NCBI GenBank assembly: GCA_964555185.1
Contig: CAZKRD010000004.1
Location: forward strand, 755-64,754
DNA length: 64,000 nt
Source of the DNA: an uncultured Candidatus Saccharibacteria bacterium
Lineage (GTDB): Bacteria; Patescibacteriota; JAQUNI01
Reading direction: 5' to 3'
Shown: positions 1 through 12,200 of the stretch, one piece after another
How positions within the stretch are numbered: position 1 is the stretch's first letter
Layout of the letters: each line of letters begins with the position of its first letter
Notes under the pieces: generated by a model
What the model was told of the DNA's origin: nothing
What the model saw: only the letters and a program-made list of their open reading frames with translations
Databases searched by the model: none
Program-made: the position numbers and the translations under genes

Positions 1-1
1 T

Positions 2-3000
2 GCCTATACCCTCTATCTCTATGACACTAACCAATCTCACCTCCTCCATGTCCTATGGAACGAAGACGACTCTGCTCACCGCATCCTAAACCTCGCTGTT
101 GGAGGCGGCAATAGAGCATTCACCCTCAATGAAGACCTCACCATCGGAGACGGCCAGAATGTTACGATCACCGCCTTAGGCCAAGCCAACACCCTAACCT
201 TAAATGAGTCCTTTACGATTGGAGACGGCAATGACGGCACCCTCACTTACTCCGCCTCCTCCAAGACCCTAACCGTAGAAGATGACTCCTATATCAACCA
301 AGACCTAACCACAGACGCCAACCCGACATTCGCAGGACTAAACGCTGATGCTATTAACATTGGCATCACTTCTTCTTTTGAAATAGACACTGATTCAAAT
401 ATCCTTCTTCTAGATTCAAACTCAGGTACAGTCAAGATAGATGATGACCTTTACATCACCGGACAAGTTAAAGGAGACTCAAGCTTCGCATTCGGCGGAG
501 CAGACACGGAAAGCTACAACGTAATTGGAGACACCACTACAAACATGGGTCATTCGCTATCAAGCGATGACGACCTATATATAGAAGGCGATTTAGAGGT
601 AGACGGTTCTGCTTGGTTTGATGCTTCAGTGACAATCGCAGACAAACTGACAGTAGATGGAACTACTCTTCATGTTAATTCTGATACTAACCGAGTGGGG
701 ATTGGGACGGTGAGTCCTGCAAAAAACTTAGATATTTATGATGCTACTGGAGCAGAACTTTTATTAGTGCGAGACGATTCTTCTACTGAAATTAACAATT
801 TACTTGGTCAAATATTATTTGATGCAAATGATGGTTTAAGTTCTGTAGATGCTTCAGTAATGATTAGAGCTTATGCTTCTGAAGAACATATTACAATTAA
901 TAAAGGAGGATATTTAACATTTGAAACAAAACGAGATAATGTAAACGATAATCAACCAGCTAATGAGTGGATGAGATTAACATCAGCAGGATTTCTCGGC
1001 ATAAACACCACACTTCCTGACCGCAAACTAGATGTTTTAGATGCCTCTAACCCCCAACTCCGTCTAACTTACACAGACGGGAGTGTGTATTCCGAATTTC
1101 AAACAGACTCTGGTGGAGACTTAACCATAGATATGTCGGGAGGTAATTTGCTCTTAGCTGATGCAGATACTTTTGCTGTGGGTGGAACATTAGGACAAGC
1201 CTATAATGTAATTGGTGATACTACTACGGGAATGGGTCATTCTTTATCTTCAGATGATGACTTATACCTTGAAGGAGATTTGGAAGTAGACGGCACAGCA
1301 TGGTTTGACGGAGGAATCACGACCCCAAGCCTTGCCATCTCCGGATTAACTGCTTCAAGACTGGTTGCTACAGACGCAGCTAAAAACATTGTCTCTTCTG
1401 ACCTTTACGCCTGGGTAACCGGTACAGCCAATCGAGTCACAGTCGCGGATGATGCAGACGGAACAATCACTCTCTCTGCTCCTCAAGATATCCATACAGC
1501 AGCCAACCCAACATTCGCAGGCTTAAACGCAGACGCGATCAACATCGGAATCACTTCTTCTTTTGAAATAGACACTGATTCAAATATCCTCCTCTTAGAC
1601 TCAAGTTCAGGCACAGTTAAAGTAGACGACAACCTCTATATCACCGGACAAGTTAAAGGAGACTCAAGCTTCGCATTCGGAGGAGCAGACACGGAAAGCT
1701 ACAACATAATCGGAGACACCACCACAAACATGGGCCACTCCCTAGCCTCTGATGATGATTTATATATAGAAGGAGACCTGGAAGTGGACGGTTCTGCTTG
1801 GTTTGATGCTTCGGTCACAATCGCAGACAAACTGACAGTAGATGGAACTACTCTTCATGTGAATTCTGATACTAATCGGGTGGGGATTGGGACGACGGGA
1901 CCAACAGCGAAGTTGGAAGTTTCTGGTGGGAATTTGAAAATGACAAGTGGAAATATAGCTTTGAATGGTAATTGGTTAAGTAAAGATGGTGATAATGAAG
2001 GACTCTACATTCAAAGTAATGGTTATATAAATAATTTCGGCGAGGGTGCAACTCAGAATTTTGTCATAATAGGGACTGCATTATTCCGTGGTGCAACTTT
2101 TAGTATTGAAAATGCAAGTGCTAAGAATATTCTTGTGACATCTGGAAATAATATAAATCTGGTGACTGCCAGCGGCGGCAACGTCGGCATAAACACCGTA
2201 GGCCCCGACCGTAAACTAGACATCTTAGACGCCACTAACCCCCAACTACGCCTAACCCACACAGACGGGAGTGTTTATGTGGATATGCAAGCAACTTCGG
2301 CAGGACATTTAAGTATTTCAGGAAGTGGGGGGAATGTGGGAATTGGGACAACAACACCTACTTCAAAACTTCATATATTTTCACCTGATGATGCAGATTC
2401 GTGGAATAGTGCCCAACCATTAGTGGAAATAACTAATCTTGATGTAAATGCAACCGATGCAGCTGCTTTACTTGTTCGTGGTGGAGCAAATAATGTAGTT
2501 GGTCTAACTTTTCAAGTGCAAGATTATAGTGGGAATACAGATTTTGTAATAACAGGAAACGGCAACGTCGGCATTGGAACTGCGAGTCCCAATCTTAAAG
2601 TTGAATGGGCAGACGCAACAAGAAGTGGATTTTTGGATTTTGGCTTAGGAGGAGTAACAATAGGAGGAGCAGCAGGAAATAATTTAGCATTATGGACTAA
2701 TGGCAATCAACAAGTTACTATAGACACCAACGGCAACGTCGGCATCGGCACCACTGCTCCAGATAAAATTCTTGAAATCAACAAATCCACAGGAGGAGAG
2801 ATCCGCCTTACCTACAATGACTCTGATGGTAGTGCTGCTAACTATGCTGATTTCAGTGTAGGTAGTGGTGGAGATTTAACTATAGATGCCTCTGGTGGAA
2901 ACTTGCTTTTAGCAGATAGTGATACTTTTGCTGTGGGTGGAGCGTTAGGACAAGCCTACAATGTAATTGGAGACACGACCACGAACATGGGCCACTCCCT

Positions 3001-6000
3001 AGCATCAGATGATGATTTATATATAGAAGGAGATCTGGAAGTAGACGGCACAGCATGGTTTGACGGAGGAATCACCACCCCAAGCCTTGCCATCTCCGGA
3101 TTAACTGCTTCAAGACTGGTTGCTACAGACGCAGCTAAAAACATTGTCTCTTCTGACCTTTACGCCTGGGTAACCGGTACAGCCAATCGAGTCACAGTCG
3201 CGGATGATGCAGACGGAACAATCACTCTCTCTGCTCCTCAAGATATCCATACAGCAGCCAACCCAACATTCGCAGGCTTAAACGCAGACGCCATCAACAT
3301 CGGAATCACTTCTTCTTTTGAAATAGACACAGACTCAAACATCCTCCTCTTAGACTCAAGCTCTGGCACAGTCAAAATAGATGATGACCTCTACATCACC
3401 GGACAAGTTAAAGGAGACAGCTCCTTCGCCTTTGGCGGAGCAGACACCCAAAACTACAACGTAATTGGAGACACCACTACGAATATGGGTCACTCCCTAG
3501 CATCAGATGATGACCTCTATATTGAAGGAGATTTGGAAGTAGACGGTTCTGCCTGGTTTGATTCTGCAATTACTGTAGCAGGAGACATCACTCTTACGGG
3601 ACATCTCTTACCTTCTGCTAATGATCAATATGATCTAGGTTCAGATAGTCTGCGCTGGAGAGACCTCTACCTGGGCCCTGGTTCTGTCCATATGGGTGTT
3701 TCTGGCAATGAAGCCATAATCGGCTATGACACTACCTCAAACTACATCACCTTTGACCCAGATGGAGACACCACAGCAGAGATGGTGATTGATGATTCTG
3801 GGAATGTGGGGATTGGGACGACTGGGCCAGACAGAAAGCTAGACATCATAGACTCATCTAACCCTCAATTAAGGTTATCTTATGTCGATTCCAATGCTTA
3901 CGCAGATTTTCAAGTAGAAAGTAACGGATATCTTGGCATACTACCTTCTGGTAAGAATGTCGGCATCGGCACCACTAGTCCCAGCGCCCTTCTCCATGTA
4001 GCTGAAAGTAGAACTTCAGGTACGATCACAAAACTGTCTTATCCTTCTGCCACCACTCTAGCTGGCAGTGTGATTGGCACTGATATTGATCTTTTAACCA
4101 ATCTCACCCCCGGATCCTATGATATTACAGGATTGCAAATCACAATGCCGTCAACAGGCACGGGAGATCATAGCTTTGCCAAGTTTATTGAAGGTTCCAC
4201 TACGCTTTATGACTTTAATACTGTAACTGCCCAATTCGATGTACCAACTTCATTTAATGCCGCTGGCGATGTTTCTTTATCCTATGATTTAATTTTGACC
4301 AATGCCAATGCTAGCTATATTAAATCGAACGGCTCTTTATATATTGAGGCTGGTGATCCAAACCAAAATTATGGTTTGACTCTATCAGCCAATGGATCGG
4401 GCAGAGTTATTGTTAGTGACAATTTTTATGTTACTGGCCCTGTTCAGGGAGATTCTGCCTTCGCCTTTGGCGGAGCAGACACCCAAACCTACAACGTAAT
4501 CGGAGACACCACGACAAACATGGGCCACTCCCTTGCTTCCGATGATGATCTCTACATTGAAGGAGACCTGGAAGTAGACGGTTCTGCTTGGTTTGATGCT
4601 TCTGTTACAATTGCAGACACACTGACTGTAGCTGGAGACATCCTTGCTACTTCTGGTGTCCATATTGGTGTAGATACTACTCCTAATCTTATTGATGACG
4701 CCACTAACGGATCAGATTCTACCACTCTCTACATTGGCAATAAGATTATTAGCACAGAGGCCTCTGATGCCAGAAAAAAGGATGTGATTGGCACAACCGG
4801 GAGAGGTCTCCAAGACATCCTGGAGATGAAGGTAGTAGACTTTACCTGGAAGCCAGACTTTGACATTGATTCCAGCACGATTAACACTGGGATACTGGCC
4901 CAAGAGATGTATCAGATCCTGCCCTCTGTAGTTAGAGTACCCCCGGATGAAGAGACCGGCCTATGGTCTATTCAGTACAACAACATGGTTCCTGTCCTCG
5001 TCAGAGCGATCCAGGAACAACAGGGACAGCTTTCTGTACTTGATGATGAAATGTTATTGGTTAACGATCAGATTATGGAGCTTTCTGGGATTATTTCTGA
5101 TAGTATGCCGGCTTTTTCCGCATTAGATTTAGAGATTGATGGTTTAGGCGAGGAACTGGCGGATTACGGAGCGCAGATTGATGATTTAGAGGTGAGAGTG
5201 GGCGACTTAGAGGGAGGTTCTGATACTGTTCCAGAAACAGACCTTGGAGATAATGGCGACACAACCTCCGAATCTGAAGAGGTGAACCCAGAGTCTTTGC
5301 AAGAGACCTTGCAGACTCTGGTTGACAGCCTGGACGCTCTTTCTGGTTTGACCAGTCAGCTTGGCATTTTAACTGATTCTATCCTAACTGTGATGGAATC
5401 CAATCAAGTGAACACAGCAAGGATTGAAGAACTAGAAGCAGAAGTAGGAGAATTAAAGCAGATTGCGAGGATTGTGGACGAGAAAGTAGTGATTGGCACA
5501 CCCGATCAGTATTTGGTTTTGGACGCGGCAAGCGGACTTGAGATTAACAGTGAGAATTTTGTTCTGGATCCAGACGGCAATGTGACGATCGCTGGTGAGC
5601 TTAACCTGCTTTCCGGCAGGATTAATTCAGAGTCCGGGGTTTTAGAGCTAAATCCGGGTGAGAATGAAGAAGGGGAAAGCAAGGTTGTGGTCCGGGGAGA
5701 CTTGGAAGTGGAAGGAGACTTGTTGGTTTTAGGAACTTCAACAGAACCGGCAGTAGAGGAAGTGGAAGGAGAGGAGGAAGAGAGGGATTCGATCACAGGC
5801 GTGGCTGTAATCTCCGCGGGCGACACCGAGATTGTGGTCGACAATGATAATATAAGCGCAGACTCTTTAATCTATATTACACCCGTGTCGCCTACTCAAG
5901 GCCAGGTCCTGTTTGTTGCGGAAAAGCGCGAGGAAGAGGTTTATGATCAAGATCGGAAGGAATGGTTGGCCCAGGGCTTTACCGTAGCGGTTGAAGAAGA

Positions 6001-6049
6001 GGTGGGGGAGGATATTGAGTTTAATTGGTGGATTGTGGATTCAAACTAA
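2..6049 (+). CDS. Giant tail-fibre-like repeat surface protein with peptidase S74-like intramolecular chaperone domain and coiled coil; 5' end lies outside the window
   Basis: The frame of the 545..6049 ORF is open back to base 2. It has six copies of GDTTT(N/G)MGHSLxSDDDLY(I/L)EGDLEVDGxAWFD, many G/RVGIGT motifs, and SDARKK...FTWK...GILAQE...Y..MVPVLVRAIQEQQ at about 4760-5025. Confidence 0.75.
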   Translation, partial: AYTLYLYDTNQSHLLHVLWNEDDSAHRILNLAVGGGNRAFTLNEDLTIGDGQNVTITALGQANTLTLNESFTIGDGNDGTLTYSASSKTLTVEDDSYINQDLTTDANPTFAGLNADAINIGITSSFEIDTDSNILLLDSNSGTVKIDDDLYITGQVKGDSSFAFGGADTESYNVIGDTTTNMGHSLSSDDDLYIEGDLEVDGSAWFDASVTIADKLTVDGTTLHVNSDTNRVGIGTVSPAKNLDIYDATGAELLLVRDDSSTEINNLLGQILFDANDGLSSVDASVMIRAYASEEHITINKGGYLTFETKRDNVNDNQPANEWMRLTSAGFLGINTTLPDRKLDVLDASNPQLRLTYTDGSVYSEFQTDSGGDLTIDMSGGNLLLADADTFAVGGTLGQAYNVIGDTTTGMGHSLSSDDDLYLEGDLEVDGTAWFDGGITTPSLAISGLTASRLVATDAAKNIVSSDLYAWVTGTANRVTVADDADGTITLSAPQDIHTAANPTFAGLNADAINIGITSSFEIDTDSNILLLDSSSGTVKVDDNLYITGQVKGDSSFAFGGADTESYNIIGDTTTNMGHSLASDDDLYIEGDLEVDGSAWFDASVTIADKLTVDGTTLHVNSDTNRVGIGTTGPTAKLEVSGGNLKMTSGNIALNGNWLSKDGDNEGLYIQSNGYINNFGEGATQNFVIIGTALFRGATFSIENASAKNILVTSGNNINLVTASGGNVGINTVGPDRKLDILDATNPQLRLTHTDGSVYVDMQATSAGHLSISGSGGNVGIGTTTPTSKLHIFSPDDADSWNSAQPLVEITNLDVNATDAAALLVRGGANNVVGLTFQVQDYSGNTDFVITGNGNVGIGTASPNLKVEWADATRSGFLDFGLGGVTIGGAAGNNLALWTNGNQQVTIDTNGNVGIGTTAPDKILEINKSTGGEIRLTYNDSDGSAANYADFSVGSGGDLTIDASGGNLLLADSDTFAVGGALGQAYNVIGDTTTNMGHSLASDDDLYIEGDLEVDGTAWFDGGITTPSLAISGLTASRLVATDAAKNIVSSDLYAWVTGTANRVTVADDADGTITLSAPQDIHTAANPTFAGLNADAINIGITSSFEIDTDSNILLLDSSSGTVKIDDDLYITGQVKGDSSFAFGGADTQNYNVIGDTTTNMGHSLASDDDLYIEGDLEVDGSAWFDSAITVAGDITLTGHLLPSANDQYDLGSDSLRWRDLYLGPGSVHMGVSGNEAIIGYDTTSNYITFDPDGDTTAEMVIDDSGNVGIGTTGPDRKLDIIDSSNPQLRLSYVDSNAYADFQVESNGYLGILPSGKNVGIGTTSPSALLHVAESRTSGTITKLSYPSATTLAGSVIGTDIDLLTNLTPGSYDITGLQITMPSTGTGDHSFAKFIEGSTTLYDFNTVTAQFDVPTSFNAAGDVSLSYDLILTNANASYIKSNGSLYIEAGDPNQNYGLTLSANGSGRVIVSDNFYVTGPVQGDSAFAFGGADTQTYNVIGDTTTNMGHSLASDDDLYIEGDLEVDGSAWFDASVTIADTLTVAGDILATSGVHIGVDTTPNLIDDATNGSDSTTLYIGNKIISTEASDARKKDVIGTTGRGLQDILEMKVVDFTWKPDFDIDSSTINTGILAQEMYQILPSVVRVPPDEETGLWSIQYNNMVPVLVRAIQEQQGQLSVLDDEMLLVNDQIMELSGIISDSMPAFSALDLEIDGLGEELADYGAQIDDLEVRVGDLEGGSDTVPETDLGDNGDTTSESEEVNPESLQETLQTLVDSLDALSGLTSQLGILTDSILTVMESNQVNTARIEELEAEVGELKQIARIVDEKVVIGTPDQYLVLDAASGLEINSENFVLDPDGNVTIAGELNLLSGRINSESGVLELNPGENEEGESKVVVRGDLEVEGDLLVLGTSTEPAVEEVEGEEEERDSITGVAVISAGDTEIVVDNDNISADSLIYITPVSPTQGQVLFVAEKREEEVYDQDRKEWLAQGFTVAVEEEVGEDIEFNWWIVDSN

Positions 6050-6056
6050 GATTTAC

Positions 6057-6260
6057 AATTATTCTAATTATACTAATTGTTCTAATTATTCTAAGAAATG
6101 ACCAAGCCCCAATGACCAAATTAATAGAATTATTCTAATTAACCTAATTATTCTAAACAAATCCCAATAACCAATGACCCAAAATTAATTTTATTTTTTG
6201 GGGTTTGGGACTTAGTCATTATTTAGAACAATTAGTATAATTAGAACAATTAGTATAATT
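6057..6260. repeat. Inverted-arm tandem-repeat element (9-nt units outside, heptamer-like units inside)
   Basis: Left arm AATTATTCT/AATTATACT/AATTGTTCT units; right arm AGAACAATT/AGTATAATT units are their reverse complements. Confidence 0.75.
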
Positions 6261-6270
6261 TTCTTCCCTT

Positions 6271-9200
6271 ATGTTGCTAAAAATAAAAAAACCTATTTGT
6301 TGGTTTAAAAAACTAAGCAAACGAGTTCTGTTTTTAATTATCTTAGGCATCTTCTTTGTCGGTGCCGGAGTTTTTACGATCGTAGCGGTTAATAATCGCG
6401 GCAACGAACCGGTTGCTTGGTGGCGGTTAGACGAGGGCTATGGCACAAGCGCTTATGATGCCAGCGCAAACTCCAACACAGGCACGATAATCAATGCTGT
6501 TTGGAAAAACGAACCCTATTGCAAAACAGGAAAATGCCTCTACTTTGACGGAACCAATGATTATTTATCAATAATTAATGATTCAACACTCAATCCAACA
6601 GAAGGAGTAACAATAGAAACATGGGCAAGACCCAACAACTTTGACTCCTCTGCCTCCTTAATTAAAAAAGACCAGCAATATTCATTAGACATTGCTCAAG
6701 GAGTGCCTAACTTCAGAGCTTACGCCAACTCAAGATGGTATTCTGCCATAGGCGGTGAAAGGGCTTGGCTTTTCAGAGAGCCAGCTGACAACCAGCTTAC
6801 AGGCGATGGCGGAGCCACCTTCACAGAAGCTTTTGGTTACCGAGCCCTAACCCCTGCAAACCTCACAGCAGAAAAAGGAGTACTAATTACTGACGCTGAC
6901 GGCAGTGGCTCTGGAAGTGGCGACAACTTACAATACAGCCGTGGAAGCCAGAGCACCCCCGATGGAACTAATGTTGTCTACGAAAACTTTGATCCAAACC
7001 AAGGCACTTTGGAGTTTTGGGTCAGACCTAATTGGGATGGGGATGATGGGTTAAGGCATTATATAACTCAAGGGTGGCATGACACTAATAATCGTTTTCA
7101 AATACGTAAAGATATTAGCACTAATGATTTATATTTTTCTTATTACGCCAACAGTTCTGGGGCTGACGTAGGGGCTTATGATATATCATCTTGGAACGCA
7201 GGAGTTTGGCACCATATTATAGGAGTGTGGGATAAAAATAATGTGACCAATGGCACCGATAATATAACTTTATATGTTGATGGTTCAAGGATAGCTGGTA
7301 ATGTCACTGACCCTGGACAGGCAGAAGGAGTAGATACTGATTTTCATATTGGCTCTGGCAGAGACGGTGCTGATCAATTCAACGGCACAATTGCTGGCAG
7401 AATATTAAATCGGCCACTGACAAGCACTGAAGTCACGGCTCTGTATAATTCTGGGGCTGGCTCAACCGACACCTTTACCGTCACCCCAGACACGGTTTGG
7501 ATGGGGACTTACTCTGACGACTCCACAACAGCCACATATTGGCATACTGGCAAAAGCGTGTCCGCAATCGCAGACGGAGCAAACGAAGACACCCTGACAA
7601 CCGCCAGCGGAGCAGACAACTCCTTCAGCGATAACGACCGCGTCGTAGTTTACGACGGCACGGGCTACAAAGTAGAGGGTTGTGTGGACGGCGCGCCAAG
7701 CGACACCAGCGTTGCAGTTGACAACTGCGCCGACGCTGACCCAGGAACCACTGAAAATATAGGTGTTCATGCTGAACTAGATTCTTCTACTCCTGAATAT
7801 TTCTATAATGCCGCTGCCTCTATGAAGCCAGGCGATGGCGTTGATTTCTATGTTGCCGCGTGGGTAAATCCAGCAGTGGTTGGTACATATATTATTTTTC
7901 AATCAGGTCTGCCTTATGCTTGGGTAGATCGTGCTGGTTATTATTTTTACATGTCTGGTGATAAAATTGGAATTCGTCTTGATGATGAAACTGATACGGG
8001 TGGTGGTGCGTTTACTTCAGAAGCTTGTATTGTAGCTGATAAGTGGCAGCACATAGCAGTGAGAGTAGATAGGGATGATTTAGCTTATTTTTTCTGTAAT
8101 GGTTATGCCGCAGGAACTGCAAATGTATCAGGGTATGATGGTGACTTATCTGATGCTGCTATTACTAGGATTGGAACAGGTTATAATGGAGCAGGTAATC
8201 CGCAATATAGTTTTGATGGTAAGATTCGTGACGTTAGAATACAGGTAGGTGGAACACAGCCCTCAGATGCGCAGATTTTGTATCAAGCAACGCATCCTTT
8301 GGATTATACCGCAAGTTCATGGACACTGAATGGTTCTCGAGGATATTACACTATGACAGACTCTGATATGTCTTCTGGTTTGACAGCTTCAGGAGATGCC
8401 ATTGCTTTGTTAACTGCGGGTGGTGGTAATCCTAGGGAACAAGAAGCGTTTGTTAGCAAAAACCTGATTCAAGACGGGTCAATGGAAAACGGGGGAATAG
8501 GGGAGTGGCAAGTCGGCGATGTAGCAACAACTCTGGCCAAAGATACCACAACAATAAAATACGACAACCAATCATTAAAAATCACTAACGCTGACGCCAG
8601 TCAGGCGTTTGCTCGCCAAAGCATTACCACAGTCGCAGGCGAGGATTATTATTTTAATGGTTGGTTTTATGGTCCCTCTACAGTCAACGGCGCAAGTCAA
8701 TTAGTTGATGTTGATGCTACTGCGGCATTAGGTGTAACAGCCACACAAGCAGGCGCTATTGCCTCAACATGGAAAGAGGTGGATTTTTGCTTTGAAGCTG
8801 GCGACACCTCTACTGACATTGATTTGGGCAGTGGTTCTGTTATTGATACTGAAATTGGCTATTGGGATTCTGTAAAGCTCCTCCCCAACCTTATTGATGA
8901 CGGTGGCATGGAGGGGGCTTATACTAGCTGTGGCGCATCACTTACATTGTCATCAGTCAATACTACGTTTACATCAACTAGAGTAACAGATGGCTCTGCC
9001 TGGACTTTGTCCAGCGTCATTTCAGGATATATAGCCATAGCCAGTGGTGGTTCAAAAGGAATGATTACTGTTGTTGACGACGGTTCTGATTATGTAGATG
9101 TAGAAAATTGGGATGCTGGAACACCAAGCAATGGCGAAACCGTACGTATTTATTATGCGCTACCTGACGGATGGTCAACTTCAATTTGTAATTCTGCGAG

Positions 9201-12200
9201 CAAACCTCGTCGACTTGAAGGTCGTACTGGGAGTTATGCTCAACAACTTAGAATGGGCGCCGCTAGCTGTACCCATTATTTGTATCAAGACATAGCTGGG
9301 TATGAAGATTTTAAAGGTAAATATCTGACCTTAAGCGCTTGGGTTAATGGTAACTGGAGTATTGGCGCTGGCTCTTGCACACCTCCTTATATTATGATTG
9401 ATGATGGTGTGTCAACTGTCTCGTCAGAAACAAAGAGCGTTGATGATGGTTGGGAGAAGTTAATAATCACTAAGCTGATAAGTGATAGCGCAACCAAAAT
9501 CAGAGTAAGATTATATGTGCCTTATTATATTTATTCAACATGGGATGATATTTCTCTTGTTGTCCTTGATGATATTTCTCCAAGTACGGCTACGCCGTCA
9601 ACCGAGGCAAATTCTTTTGGCACAGGTAAGTGGAGCGACACGAACGGCGCATTTCTGGTTGACGGCGGAGATACTTTAACATACACACAATCTGGCAATC
9701 TTGACAACGAGGCAGGCACAGTGGCTTTTTGGGTGAAACCAAATGGCTACGACGAATCAACTCCAGTGGACAAATACTGGATTGACACCCGCGACTCAAC
9801 CCCAGACCAAGGGTTTTATGTGTATATGAACTCAACCGAAGACGATGTGGTATTTGCCGGCAATGACAGCGTTAATGTTTGGGCGGCCACCTCAACAGCA
9901 ATTGATTGGAGCGTTAATGCCTGGCACCACATAGCAGTAACCTACGACTGCTCACAAGCAGGTGGCTCTGACGAAGTCTACTTATATATTGATGGCTCCG
10001 TAGCGGCTTCAGATACTTCAGAAACCTGCGCTTCTTGGACTCTGCCAACTAATATGTATGTAAATAGTGATTATGCTGGAGCAAACCAAGGAGATGCTTA
10101 TCTTGATGATATTAGAACATATGACTCAGTGCTTTCATCAACAGAAATTACTGATATTTATAACAACACAAAATTGCGGACTGTTTCTGCCAACGAATGG
10201 GCGCATTTAACAGGGGTTTATTCAAAAGACGACGCTAATCTAAAAATTTATAAAAATGGGGTGTTGCAGAATACAGTGGCTGTGGGCGCCAGCTACGACT
10301 TAGCAACCAGCTCAAATAATTTAATGCTCGGCGAAGCATTTTTCGGATTTTTAGACGAGCCCCGCATATACGACTATGCTAGAACCGCTGACCAAGTTAA
10401 AGCTGACTATGTTGCTGCTTCGTCTTTGCGTGGAGCTTCTGGCAGAGCTGTAACAGTTGGGGAAGGGATTGACTCAAGCGAAGGGCTTGTGGCTCACTGG
10501 GCAATGGACGAGTCCGCGTGGGACGGCACTACAGATGAGGTTGTTGACTCCTCTGGCAATGCCAACCACGGCGTGCGTGTCGCCGATGCCAACACCACAA
10601 GCACCGCAAAATACGGCAGAGCAGGGACTTTTGATGGCACAGGGGATTATGTGGATATTGGAATCGGCCCCACTGCGGTAAACGTGGTAGCTTTTTGGGC
10701 AAATCCAGGCACCACATCAGATTATTTTATAGACTTGAACGGCTCTGCCTATATTAGCGTATCATCCGGGACTTTATCGGCAACAGGATTTACTGATCCA
10801 ACAATTTATGTAAATGGCGCAGTGTCTAATACTATCGTAGCTAGCGCGTGGCAGCACATTGTTGTTACAACAAATACTAGTATCAATGCCAGTGATTTGG
10901 ATATAGGCAGATTAGAAGGAACAGATGATTATCAAGGGGAAATTGATGATGTTAAGATGTATAGCGTTATTCGTTCAGCCAGTCAAATCCGCAAGGATTA
11001 TGAAACCGGCCCGCCACCTGACCTGCACTTAAAAATGGATGAAAACACCGGCGATACGGTTTATGATACAGCAGGAGAGAATGATGGGATTTTGGGTACT
11101 GGCTCTGGTGTTGATGTAAGGGATCCTTCTTGGGCTCCTGGTAAATATGGCAGTGGCTTAAAGCTTGATGGTTATGATGATCGTATAATAGTAAGCCATG
11201 GAAGCGCTTTTGAATTTGGAAGGGGGAATTTTACGATTGCCTTTTGGGCAAAAATAATCGACAATATTCGTATGGGAAAAGACTATTATTATGGTGAAAG
11301 CCCAGCGGGCGAGAATAGGTGGGCGATTCACTCAGCTGGCTATGGCCAAGGGATTATGTGGCAGTCTGCTAACTGCGGGGATGGCTCCAATGATGTCATG
11401 GTGGGTGCTGGCAGTAGTGGCGATTATGCTGACGGCGAGTGGCGTCATTTTGCTTTTGTTAAAAAGGATCAGATAGGATATTGGTATATCAATAGCGTTG
11501 ATAAAACCAGTTGGCGGTCTGATTCTTTTGCTGATTTTGGTTGTTCTTTGAGTAATGACAGAACTTTAGTAATGGGAAGATATACCAGATATCCTGTTGA
11601 TGGAACTGATTATATGGATGGTTCTTTTGATGATTTTAGAGTTTATAAATATGCCCGGACGCAGAAGCAGATTATGGAGGATATGAACGCAGGCCACCCA
11701 GCAGTTGGCTCGCCTGTTGGCTCGTATGTCGGCTATTGGAAGTTTGATGAGGGCTATGGCACTACTGCTTATGATAATTCTGTTAATGATAATGATTTAA
11801 CCCTTTCTAACGAATCCTGGGAAACAGATTGCAAGTTTGATAGTTGCTGGGACGGAGATGGCACAGAATATGTTTATCGCAATGATGATCCTGACTTTGA
11901 TTTTGGGGCTACTGATGACTTCGCAATCACGGGCTGGTTTAAACACGATACGATCGCTGATAACCCAGATTATCTAGTGGTAAAGAATAATGGCAAGGGC
12001 TACAAAATCTATATGGATTCTGACGGCGACCTTGCCTTTGGCATTGATGATGATGCCAGCTTTGACCCTGATGATGTAGTCGGCGATGATCAATCAAAAA
12101 ACTATGATGATAATACCTGGCACCATTTTGCCGCAATCGCAAACGATACTACTTCAATCAAACTCTATGTTGACGGTATCAAGATAGATGAAGACACCAC

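Noticed and set aside
2-6049. Prophage tail region
   Set aside because: No capsid, terminase, portal or integrase genes are visible; sequence upstream of the window is unknown.
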